DNA from: Eledone cirrhosa
Lineage: Eukaryota
Assembly: GCA_964016885.1 (NCBI GenBank)
Contig: OZ024743.1
Span: 373,302,001-373,366,000, forward strand
DNA length: 64,000 nt
Direction: 5' to 3'
Shown here in pieces: positions 42,753 through 56,044 of the stretch. Made by a program: the position numbers and the translations under genes. Below the pieces are notes generated by a model that saw nothing but the letters and a program-made list of their open reading frames with translations, had not been told where the DNA came from and searched no databases. Numbering within the stretch: position 1 is the first letter of the stretch; every line of letters begins with the position of its first letter.

Positions 42753-44376
42753 ATATATAAGATCAGTGTTGGTTCTTTTAAGTTTGTATTTAAAAGATGA
42801 ATGATGATTATAGAGGCGAGCTTTAAAAGAGGTGGAAGTGGAGCCAAAATAGGTGAAGGAATTGGTGCTCCACTTCCACCTCTTTTAAAGCTCGCCTCTA
42901 TAATCATCATTCATCTTTTAAATACAAACTTAAAAGAACCAACACGGCTCTCTCAGAACTCATATGGTCCTTGAAAGACAAAAACATTAAATATACCATC
43001 TTTTGGAAGAAGGTTTCTTCTGCGTCCTCATACTTGAACAGCTCTCTATCTAAAATCTGTAATCTCTGCCTAAATGAAAAATTTACCATTATCTCTAATC
43101 TAGATTCTATAATAAATAGACGTACAGATTTGTTTTCTATCTGCCTGCATAAATTCCATAGGACCTTTCACAAAGTATACAGCTAATATTCAATTCTTTA
43201 TCAATTTAGAATCTTTTCTCAAAGGCACATATACATACACCTCTTTAAAATATACCCATTCTTCCTACCTTACTTCAAAGGGCATTATACACTCTATAAT
43301 ACTTGTTTACTCATTACCCTCACTCTATCTTCACCTTATAAAATCCTTCATAACATATACATTTGTTTTTTTGACGTTAGAATATTCATCCGCAATTATT
43401 ATTATTTTTTCTCTCCATCATCAAACTTTTCAATCTCAATACATTAACTCCCTCTCCTCCTTTTTTTGACGCTAGAATATTCATCCTTAATAATATATTT
43501 TTTTCTTCCCATCAACTAACACATTCTTAATACATATTAACTCTTTCTTCGCACAAATTATCAATTCCTTCAATATAAAAACCTTAACTTCACATTATTT
43601 TTCTCAAATCATCTAATACACACAAACCTTAATAATTTTAATACATATTAACTCTTTCTTCGCACATATTATCAATTCCTTCAATATACAAACTTTAACT
43701 TCTACACACAAACCTTAATAATTTTTTCTCTTCGTCAATTTTGAAATTGCCATAATACTTATAAACATACACCTTTTGACGTTAGAATATTCATCCGCAA
43801 TTATTATTTTTTCTCTCTATCTTCAAACTTTTTAATATCAATACATATCAACTCTCTTTCCCTTCGTTAATTTTCAAATTCTTTTAATTTATACATTATC
43901 TTCCAACGGTTTTCAACCTCTCTATGTAAAACAATATATCTTCTCTCAGTTATAAAAACTATCTCTTTCTCTCTATCACCCATCTCTCCCTCTCCACCTT
44001 CACTCTCATCTCCCCCCCCCTCTCTCTCTAAATAAAATATCTTTCCCAATATCACACATCAATCTAAAACTACTTTTCATATGTTGATTTAAAACTGCAC
44101 TATCCACAAGTGTTTTTTTAGCCTTCATATCATGTTCTCCTGTTTTATCTGATGAAAACACAAATATTATTGCATGATGATGTTTGTCTTTGAAATGCGC
44201 ATAATAAAATACATGGAACTCCTTTAACCATCTTTTGATCTTATATATTATGTATACTCCAGTCCTACAAACTGTAGAGTGCTTCTTATCCGATATCTGC
44301 ATTGCTTTATTGTACTACAATAAAACTCACCTCCTACATATATATATATATATATATATACATCTATATATGTCAC

Positions 44377-44419
<43 letters not shown>

Positions 44420-45582
44420 TCATCATCATCATTTTACGTCTGCTCTTCCCTGCTTGCAAGGGTGGAACGGATCTTATTCAGCACAGCATCTCTCCACTTG
44501 TCACGGTCCTTCATCATCTCCACCGTGAGCTTCAGCGATCTGAGGTCTGTTCTCACCACCTCCGCCCATGTTTTTCGTGGTCTACCTCTACCACGTCTTC
44601 CTTCAACTGGCATTTCCTGGCACTTCTTCACCCATTGGTCATCCTCCATGCGCATCACATGTCCATACCACCTCAGTCTCCTCTCCCGTACACTACATTC
44701 TATCCCTCTGAGACACAGTTTCTCTCTCAACACATTCATGCTGGGTCATTCACGCACATTGACACTGCACATCCAACGGAGCATGCTTGCCTCATTTCTC
44801 TCCAGCCGTCGCATATCCTCTGCAGTTGCTGCCCATGTCTCACTACCATGCAACATTGCGCTCCTCACACAGGCATCATATAACCGGCCTTTCGTATGCA
44901 GGGAGAAACCCTTCTTCGTCAGCAGAGGAAGCAGCTCCCTAAACTTCTTCCAATCCGTCTTTATTCTAGATACTTTGGCCTCAGAACACCCATGCTAATC
45001 TGATCTCCTAGGTACCGGAGGCTATCCACCACCTGGATTTGAAAAATGTGTCTATCAATGCGACTTCTACTGTCTAATTTCCCTGTACATCTACTGCATA
45101 CATATTTCTCCCTACCTGTTAGTTTGCCTGCTATCCCGCTACATCTCTTGTGTACCCAGGATCTGCATTGTGTGCATTTTATAGAATTTATGCCAGTTCC
45201 TTTTCTGCTTTTCTGCATATCGAACAGGGCCATTTCCCTGACGGAATCGGAGTTTTGTCCTCTTTTCTACTCATCAACACTTCTGTCTTAGCTAGGTTCA
45301 CTCTCAGTCCTCTTGTTTCCAACTGCTGTTTCCATATATCTATATATGTCGCATATATATCTATATACATACATCTATATATGTTACATATATATATATA
45401 TATATGTATATACATATACATACATACAAATCTCATGCGAACCGCAAAGTTTGGAGATACGAATAATAATAAACTTAAACTTATCTCAATGGATTTTTCA
45501 AATCATGAAATATGGCTATATGCACAAATTTAAATATCAACATTCACATCATATATGTGATGTGAATGTTGATATTTAAATT

Positions 45583-45631
<49 letters not shown>

Positions 45632-48600
45632 AAATCTCATGCAAACCGAAAAGTTTGGAGATACGAATAATAATAAACTTAAACTTATGTCAATAAAAAA
45701 AGTACCAGCCCAATACTGGAGTTAATTCTACCTCTATATTTCTTTCTTACTTCCTTTATCACACACACACTCTCTCTCTCTCTCCTTCCCTGGAAGAAAT
45801 CAGCTGTGTTCAGACCTGGAGAGGGATGTTTAAAGTGCTCCCAAACATGTCACAATTGTGTCCCTGTGGCTCCATCAGGAGCTATGGATCTATGTATATA
45901 ATATGTTTGTATAGATTCAATTAACTGTTATGTTCTTTTTGAACAAATTCTATGTCTGAATAAAGAAATTTTTATTTAATTCTTATTTTGCTTTTTTTTT
46001 TCTGTTCAAACATTTTTGATTGTAGGAAAATTATTTTGGAGAGGACCAGCATTTCACAGACTTCTACAACGCCCCCAAAAATGATGAGGAAAATGATGTA
46101 AGTTTTCCTAATCTATCGACTAGTGAAGAAAGATCAGGCTCATTTGACCCACGAAAATATCGGCCATTATCAGTAACATTCTCTGTTACATTACATGATA
46201 TGCAGATCCACCTCATAAAAGTAACTAGAATCTCTTTTTATTAACACTTTTAATTACCATATATATAGGTCTTGTCTATAATTTTCAAATCATTTTGAAA
46301 ATAAACAAGAATTTGGAGAGATTTATTAATATAATTAACTTTTTCAGGTATGATTGATTTGAGGGAGATTTTGCTGCTAAATACTAAATATTTTCTTTCT
46401 CTTCTTTCAGAATTGCAATGTGGACGAAGTTGCCTGCCCTTGTCTCTATGTTGAGAGGTTAGGCTTTGAAATGGATAAATCATATAAAGAAACCAAATTG
46501 CAACTCCTCATATCCCCTTCATTACTATTGTCCAGAGATTCAACAGAGGTGATTACATAATTATCTATTCTTAGATTCTTTTACTGGTTCCAACCAACAG
46601 AATGCAACCATTCTGCGGCACTACATTCAAGAAATTTTTGTCAATCATATTGACTACAAGAGATTATAGTCATATTGGTACACTACCTTGAGATTTAGTT
46701 AATAATATCGACTACAAGAGACTGGCCATGCTGGGGCACTGAATTCAAGAAATTTCATCAATCATATTAGCTACAAGAGACTGTGGCCATGCTGGATCAC
46801 TACCTCAAGAAATATAGTTAATCATATCGACAAGAGACTGGTCTTACTGGGGCACTACATTCAAGAAATCTCATCAATCATATTGACTACAAGAGACTGT
46901 TGCCATGCTGGGTTACTAACTTCAAGAGATGTACTCAATCATATTTTATTTTTATTCTGGTGCCTGTGTTTTTATTGCCATCATGTCCCTCCCCAAAGTA
47001 TAACAATATTTGTTTCAACTCATAATTTCTCAAGAATCTTGCAAAATAAAGACAATAATGAAACAATTGTTTTTTTTGTTTTATATTTTCAGAGAGACAC
47101 TGAACACGCTCACATACATGAGGGACATTTGGCATTATCTGGCCTGCAGGTACGGGGTCATGCTATGTTTTCAGGAGAAGGGTTACCTCTAGATCGTGAA
47201 ACAATAGAATATGCATGGCTTGTTGAAGTCATAGTTGGCAGTCTTTCTGGAAGACTGACATCACCCCAGGTAAAAAAACTAATCATATATTCTTATATTC
47301 TTTCTCATTATTTTTAATTATGATTGATAGTCTATGTTGAATCACTGGATTGATTTTATGGGCAAAACCAACCAGCAGGAGACCCAGGGGTAGACCCCGA
47401 ACAAGATGGTAGGATAATATCCATGAGCTTAGCTGGTCTCACTTGGAGATCCAACCTGATCAGTTGGAGGCAGTTGCTTCTGAGAGGACCCGCAGGAAGG
47501 AGTGTTTGGGGACTCTGCCCCCACAACCCTCTCAGGAATAAGTGGGTGAAGAAGTTTATGTAGCCCCTCCCTCCATTACATATGCACATTGTAAAGAAGT
47601 TGGTGATAGGAAGGGCATCCACTGTAGTAAACCTACCAAACAAGTAATTAGGACTTTTCAACTATGTCAAAGGATAACCTTACTTGTGCTGGTGCCACAA
47701 TAACATGCATTTGATAAAGTGCAGGAAGGATAGGGGAAAGGATGTTTTACAGGAGGAGAAGGATATTCTAGAAAATGTAGTCCTAGATACCTTATAACTG
47801 AATAAAACTGGGATTGTCATGGTTGGAACACTAGTCAAATGCTGAACATATTGAGTACCAGATCTGTGGGTCATATGTAGATCTTTGACCAGCTTCCTAC
47901 ATAGACAGAAGTCTTCTTGATTATGTCTGATATAGGGTTATAGTGGCTGGTTACATTCAATTTGAACAGAAAGAGTTGAAAGAATTCTGGCCGGGTATGG
48001 CTGGTTTAAATGCTAAAGGGTTAATAACACTTTCCAGCCCCTGCCCACAGATGTGTAGTCTCCTCTCTCTGTTCTTCATCAGTTACTTAAAGGGTATTTC
48101 ATCCTCTCATCACCATGTCAATCTCTTCAGGCTCTACAATAGCCACCACATCCAGTCCTTCCTGTCCAGAAATCATCCCTCTGGAATTCTCTTGCTCAAG
48201 CCTTCCAAAAGAAGTAGGTCTGCAGCAGTCTAAGTAGAACATTGGTGACATTGATCTTAGTGGACACTAACTGTGCCTTCCTCCAGACCTGCCAAATAAT
48301 GGTTTCTGATTAAGGCACAAGGCCAGCAATTTTGGGGAAAGTCGATTAAATCAATTCCAGTGCATGGTTGGTACTTTATTTTTATCGACCCCGTAAGGAT
48401 GAAAGGTAAAGCTAACTTTGGCGAGATTTGAATTCAGAACGTAAAGGGCCGTGACTATATGCCACAAAGCATATTGTCCAACGCTCTACCGATATTGCTA
48501 ATCCACCAACCTCTTTAAAAATAAAACTCAGCTGTTGTATGTTGGTGTAGATTGTCTCCCTTTACAAGTTACATAACTCTTCTTTCTACCACACAAATAA

Positions 48601-51600
48601 AAGTAATATTTAAAGAATTTTTTACTGTTTTCAGTCATTATATTGTGGCTATGCTGAGACACCACCTTGAAAGGATTTAATCGATTATATTGACCTTGAC
48701 ATCTATATTTTTTTTCAAGTCTGGTACATATTTTGTTGAACCATTAAGTAATGGGACATAAACAAACTGTACACATAATCCCCACCCCCTCATGAATCAT
48801 GATAATCAAAATGTGTCATTTCTACCCACCCTAAAAAAAATGTATTCATTTAAACAGTGATTTAAGTAAAATAAAGTGTGTGGTGTTCCTATTATTGTAT
48901 AATACAAAATGTAATTTTGTAAACATGAAGTATCTAAGAATTTGGTACAATTTGAAATTTTTAAAATGTATAGGAATTCCAAATGCAAAAAATAACACAG
49001 GTGATTGCTATAAACAATAGCTTAGAAAAAATTGGGTAAAGTACCACTTTTTTCCCTCAATAAGGGTACTTTACCCGATTTTCTAAGCTATTATTTATAG
49101 CAGTCGACTAACTATAGTTCATCAACATCATTTAATGTCCATTTTCCACGCCAGCATGGGTAGTTATTTTCTGCATTTGGGATGCCTACATCTAAGAATT
49201 CCTAATGTAATTTTCCTTTTGCTTTTTTTTTTTTATTTTATAATTGTTTTTAGGTTCAAAGCATTGTTGAATTTCTTGAAACCTTCATTATGCTTGTTGA
49301 CGATTCTGAAAATGTCCTTCAGTCACCCATACCATATAGAATGTGTCAGCATGGTCTACCCCAACCACAATGTCGAATGTTCCCACAGTACCCATTCTGC
49401 TGCCCTTCACCTGAAGATATCAAATACAGAATGACACGAGCATCTATTGATTCCATCAACTTACATTTTGTTGAATTTGGTTCATCTTCCAATCTCCAGG
49501 TAAATCTTCACACTATTTTTTTGTTTATGTTGTTAATTACTTAATATATTTCATTAGGGAATTACAGAGTTACAGAGATTCTCTCCCACTTTATAAAACT
49601 GTGGGAGATACGCTACATTCTCAGTCATGTGACTGGACTATACATATGATTCTCTCAATATTTGACACTCACACACACACCATAGCACACACTTCACACA
49701 CAAGTACTTTGTCTAGTACTTATGTTAACATCATATGGAAGAAAAGTAAAGTTAATCTGGGCAAAATTTGAGCTCAAAACACAAAGGTATGTAACCAAAT
49801 ATTACAAGGTATTTTCTCTGATGCTCTCACTTCTGCTGATCAGACATTGGTATCATTCAAGTGATCAATGAACCTAGATATTTCTTCTGATACTCTCATA
49901 CTAATTCTGCTGATCAGACATTGGTATCATTTAAGTGATCAATGAACCAAGATTTTTTCCTGATACTCTCATACCAATTCTTTTGTTCAGACATTATCAT
50001 TCAAATGGTCAATGAACCAAGTAGAAAAAGCATAAGTAGAAAATTAATTGGAAAATATAGCTTCATATGCATCAATTCTGTATGTGCAAGACTTGGTCAC
50101 CTGACCTAGCATTGCCCACAACAGGACAACCTGTCTAACCCATGCTAGCATGGAAAATTTACGTAAAATGGTGCTGATGGTAATGATGATAGCTGGTTAA
50201 TAATTATCTAGAATTTTCATAGCTAAGTTATTAATCAAATTTCTTTTTCAGTTTTTTTTTGTATTGTCTAAAAAGTTCAGTTAACTATTTATGTCCTGTA
50301 CCACATGAAACCGCATTAGCAAGACATTCTTGAAAAGTATAAAAAAAGCACTATGATTGCATCACATTAAACTTAAAGTCTTTACTTATTCTAATATTGT
50401 AAATTTTCATAAAGATCTGTCCATAAATAAAGATACTATAAATATTTCAATTAACAAGCCCGTGTTTAGATACGTTCTGCTAAATCATTACAGGATGTTA
50501 GGAGTTAATGAGTTATACCACTTGTCTTAGGTTGTCAGGTCAAATCTTATGATGATAGGTATCAGTATGACTGTGTGATTATTAAGTTTGTTTCTAGCTA
50601 TGGGCCTATTCTGTAGGAATTTGGACAAGTACTTTCTACCATCATCTTGAATGATTGAAATCTTGAAGTGGCCTGGTCTGTTGCTCGGTTTAACACCTAT
50701 ACATTACCTTTGTGTGGCTTGAGAATTCTCTGGTTTGGTGGTTTGGAGCTATCTACTCTCCTTCTGATCAGTCTCGGTAGAATTAACTAAATGAAAAAAA
50801 AAAAAAAAAATTATAAGAGAGAAATGCAACGGTAAATTTTTCACACAAGAATTGAATTAATGATATTTTTTTTATTTATTACAGATTTCTCCAATAAGGT
50901 TTTCCACGTGCAATCTTCATGGAATTACCACTCGAGCTGGAGTAACAGGTTTTGTTGAACAGATAACTCTCACTCAGTATATTTCTACAGCTCCTATGAG
51001 ACAATCAAATGGTCAGCCAGAAGTTTGGTTAGAATGTGGCCAGGTTTCTCTTGGTCCTATCAATATAGAAGCAGCAATGGCTCTTCCTAACCTTGAATTT
51101 CATAAAATACAAGATGATTTCCTCAAATCACATGACAAAAAGACACGTCGTTTGTGGTTCCTATGGAGATCTGATTTGCAAAATGTTACTTTTTCTATTG
51201 GACGTAAATGTGGCTGTCTTGGTGGATGCAAATTTTTTGGTAACAACAAAAATGGACTTGGATTTTTCCATCCCAAGAAGTTTTCCTCTGGCAATTCTAA
51301 TGCTGCTGTCTTTCAGATTTTTCCTAAGGATGCTGATCCCGGCTTCGGACAGAGTCTTCTCTGTAGAAATAAACTAATGTTTGAGACAAATAATTCCAAG
51401 GTTCCTGGGTCACCTGAAGCTTATAAAGGCTTGATTTTTACCCGTGGTTACATGAGTACATTTGGTAGCCCTGACACACCAACTACTAATGTAACTTTGG
51501 TAGACAGTCTTCAGAAGCAAATGTCCTTTGCTGGACAGCAGTCTCAGGAAAAACGGCCTGATGTCAGTGATGATGATGATGATACATCACATTCGTCAAG

Positions 51601-52987
51601 CACAGTGACATCCAATACACATGGCCCTACTAGCAAGACTTCAGCTGATATCAGTAAAAACATTGATGAACAGGATAAGTCTCTAAGTATAACTTCTGAT
51701 GGGATTTCACTAGCTGACCCTGTTAGTTTAAATAGCCTGACAGAGGAGACAGAGTTTGGCAGTTGTAGTTCTGGCCCCGTTTGTAGTGGAGACTATGCTC
51801 GGCATGGTTCTCTAGCCAGTTCTAATGGCTCAGTCTACAGTTATCCATCGTCTCCTTCTTCTGGCTTTGCCCGCTTACAAAGCATGACACAGAGCAGCAC
51901 ATCAACGAAGACAGGGTCTCCCACTAGAAGATACCCTTGGTCAAGTCCTGAAACAGGTCGCAGCCGGTGTACCAGTGGAGAATATTACACTATGACATCA
52001 ATGGAAAGCGATCGTTACTTCACTGCTGACGATGATGGGACCATGTCTGAAACTGAGCTTCAACGGTTCTACTGTAGGAAGCCACTGTTCCAAGAAGTGA
52101 AGTTACCTGCCCAAAACACTGGCACTACAGCTAATGAAAAACCTCCTGAAACCCAGAAACGAGATAGAAGCAGGAGCTTTGATGTTAATGGCACATCTTC
52201 CAGGAACAAAAAGCGACCCAAGTCCACCCATAGCTCAACATCTTCCAGTTCCACCCTTTCATTCATGTCTGCGATATCATCTCCCGATGATGTCACATCA
52301 AATATTGTTCTTGAGGACCTCTCTATGGTTGACCTTCATGGACAAATGAACCAACCGATAACCAAATCTCCTGTCCTCATGTCATGCTATCTCAACCATC
52401 TCACTCACATGCACTGCACTGATTGGGCAGCCCCATCTCCATTTTCAACAACCCACATGAAATCCGCTTCATTTAAAGGTCTAAAGCAGGACACATCATT
52501 TTTCTCTCATTCATCACTGACCTATGCCCCATGCAGGTTTTATCCGAAGCAGTCTTGGGTGCCACACTTTTCCAAAGTGAAGCAAGGTTTTTCTGTGGGC
52601 ATGATGAAACCTCGTGATGAAATTGATGTCCCTCAGACTCCACTTCTTGACGGTCCCACCGACCCTTGGAATTCCTTTATTGAGGAAGAGGAAACATGTA
52701 AGTTGATATTTTTAGAGAGATTTGGACATAATTTTCTTTGATTATTTTTTTTTATTTTTTTAAACATGATCATATTTTTAATGACGCACACACACACACA
52801 CACACACATACAATCACCCAATCAAACACACACACAAACACACACACATCAGTATGTGATTGACGGATGAGAGAAAAGAGTTCTCAATACCGAAATAGAG
52901 TTTAAATATTTATTAAGGCTAAGGATCCAGTGAGAGCACATGTGAAACTGCAGAGTAACAAGATTCACTACTTAGATCTAATAAATG

Positions 52988-53046
<59 letters not shown>

Positions 53047-54863
53047 AGTATAATGGTAGCTATGGTGCTTCCATAGGCAGTATGCCAAAATTAGCACTCA
53101 ATATTCAGCAGAGTAGTGTAGATAGTATAAAGAAAACGAAAAATCAGTGATGCATCTGGACTCAATTTATTGCGTGTTTCAATTGTTTCGCCGGCAGGTG
53201 GCTCGAGACATGATCCCTGTATGGATCTGGCTGATTCTACGGCTGCAAGTTCCTTCAGACACGGGTAGTTCGTTCGGAGCAAATTTTATCACTGGGGTGT
53301 TATCATAAAAAAACACCCTCAAAAAACCTCTTCCACTCTTGTCATGCCATTGGCTGTTGTTACTCCACGTCATCTTAAGTTCTGGTCACTATTTACTGCT
53401 ACAAGGGTCATCAGCCATTTTCCGTCCGACACACTTCAATGGAGTCATGCTGGGTTCGGTATCTCACACGTCTGTTCACACTCCAGAGCATGCACCCACA
53501 CATACATATACACACACACACATATACACACACAGGCAGATACAGACACATGCGTGCATACACATATGTACGCATACATGCGTAGACACACACATCCCCA
53601 CACACATATATATATATATATATACACACACACTCCCTCACTTCCACAGACCCAGGCACACCCACTTCTAGATACAGACCGCCACAAGCCTATTAACGCC
53701 AGTAGGTTTCGCTTTGTGCTTAGGCAAGGCGGGTCTTCTGTATTACTGCGTAGCGCCAAAGATCTCATATATATATATATCATCATCATCATCATCATCA
53801 ACGTTTAACGTCCGTGTTCCACGCTTGCATGGGTTTGGACGTGGGTTTTCCCACTTGAGGCAAGAGTGGTTGTCTTGCTCGCATAGGACTGTCTGGCGGG
53901 TTTTCTACAGCTGGATGCCCTTCCTAACACGAACCACATTTACAGTTTGGGGCTGGGAGGTTTTTACCGTGTTGCCTACACGGCCACATTTCAGCGTGGA
54001 CTGTCTGGCGGGTTTTCTACAGTTGGATGCCCTTCCTAACACCAACCACATTTACAGTGTGGGGCTGGGAGGTTTTTACCATGTTGCCTACACGGCCACA
54101 TTACAGCGTGAACTGTCTGGCGGGTTTTCTACAGCTGGATGCCCTTCCTAACACCAACCACATTTACAGTGTGGGGCTGGGAGGTTTTTACCGTGTTGCC
54201 TACACGGCCACATTACAGCGTGAACTGTGTGTTTTTTTGTCGTGACACCTACACGATCTCATTTGTTTTGGCCTGGATGTTGTGGCACCAACATAACTTT
54301 ACATTGAAAGGGAAGGTGTGGATGGGGTGGGGGTGGTGGGACGGGGGTGTATTTTGTGAGAGATGCCTACTGACTGTAGTAGGTTTTACTTTGTATTTAG
54401 GTAAGGCGGGTCTTATATATATATATGAGATCTTTGGCGCTATGCAGTAATACAGAAGACCCGCCTTGCCTAAGTACAAAGCGAAACCTACAGTCAGTAG
54501 GCACCTCTTAACCAAAATACACCCCCGTCCCACTACCCCTATCCCCACCCCATCTACACCACCCCTTTCGATGTAAAGTTATGTTGGTACCACAGCATCC
54601 AGTCCTAAATAAATGAGGTCGTGTAGGTGTCACAACAAAAAAAACACACAGTCCACGCTGTAATGTGTCCGTGTAGGTAACACGGTAAAAACCTCCCAGT
54701 CCACACTGTAAACGTGGTTAGCGTTAGGAAGGGCATCCAGCTGTAGAAAACCTGCCTGACAGTCCTGAGCAAGACAACCAATCTTGCCTCAAGTGAAACA
54801 ATTCCCATCCAGACCCATGCTAGCGTGGAAGATGGACGTTAAACGATGATGATGATGATGATG

Positions 54864-54898
<35 letters not shown>

Positions 54899-56012
54899 CA
54901 GAGGATGTATGTGTAAATCCCTAAAACTCGAGAAGTACCCGACCGATTTTTTTTTCAAACTTTACACATGCGTTACTTATATTTCTTGAAGTGCAATGGG
55001 CTAAAAGATTTTTTACTTTTTCTGCCCTAGGGCTTGCATTAGATGAAAAACCGTATATTTTAGGCAATTTTAGGCTTTTTTGAGGCGTAACTTAAAGATA
55101 ATCCAGCCAATTTCCTCGAAATTTGCAGCACACATTAGTTAGTCCCCTTGCATTGCTGTGGACAAAAATAATTTCCGATTCCATTAATGGTTTCTAGGAA
55201 ATTTACGAATTAACATTGGGCATTACATGCCATTTTCAATATAAACGCTACTTAAACATCATAAGTAGTGTATAATATTTCGTTAAAAATTTGGTTTATT
55301 TAACAGAGGACACAACACTTACTTTTAAGCAGGACCATTTTCGGGGGATTGAGGAAATGAGGAGGACCTTAAAATTTTTGTCAGCGCCCTGTTGACGCTT
55401 TGTGCTTTCATCACAATGCGCAAATCCGGGCCCTGTGTACATTGCTGTGTTATTGACAACGTAAAACTCACGTCTGTGCTACTTCTATTAAGACCTCTTT
55501 TGTTGCACCTACACCGCAGCATAAACACCCTGCGCAAGTACGCCGAAAAGCAGTTGTGCTAATTCCGCAGTGACCCCTTTTGTTGTACCTTTGTTGCTGT
55601 GTAAACGCAGTGCAACCAGTGCTGCCCAGCGTTTGTGCTAATTGCTGCAGCTGCATTGCCACGTTGATTTTGTCATCTCAATATCCCTACTTAAATGCAC
55701 ATCCCTACTTGGTTTTCACACAATTGACTACGTCGCTCCTTCAGACTGACATAATTCATGAACAGACTTACGACATACCTAGCCCCACAACACTTACTTA
55801 CTCCTTTTGCATACAGGATTTCCGCAATCAGCCCACTGACTCTGCTACTACTGGATTCGGCCTGCTGGTGGTCTAGGTTTCCAGTAGATGAACAATCATT
55901 CCCTGAGAATAAGAGAATTCAAAAATTACACAGCTACATTCTTCAATCTTTGCATATGCATGTTGCTATTTCACGTTTCCTACCCCATGCAACGCCGAGT
56001 CCTGCTGACATT

Positions 56013-56044
<32 letters not shown>

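Noticed and set aside
42469-42753. YIYI/CVCV-rich ORFs here and elsewhere (e.g. 12993-13829, 53344-53808)
   Set aside because: Translations of (TA)n and (CA)n microsatellites.
55325-55876. Cys-rich ORFs as a captured gene
   Set aside because: No recognisable domain or splice structure; cannot be supported without a search.
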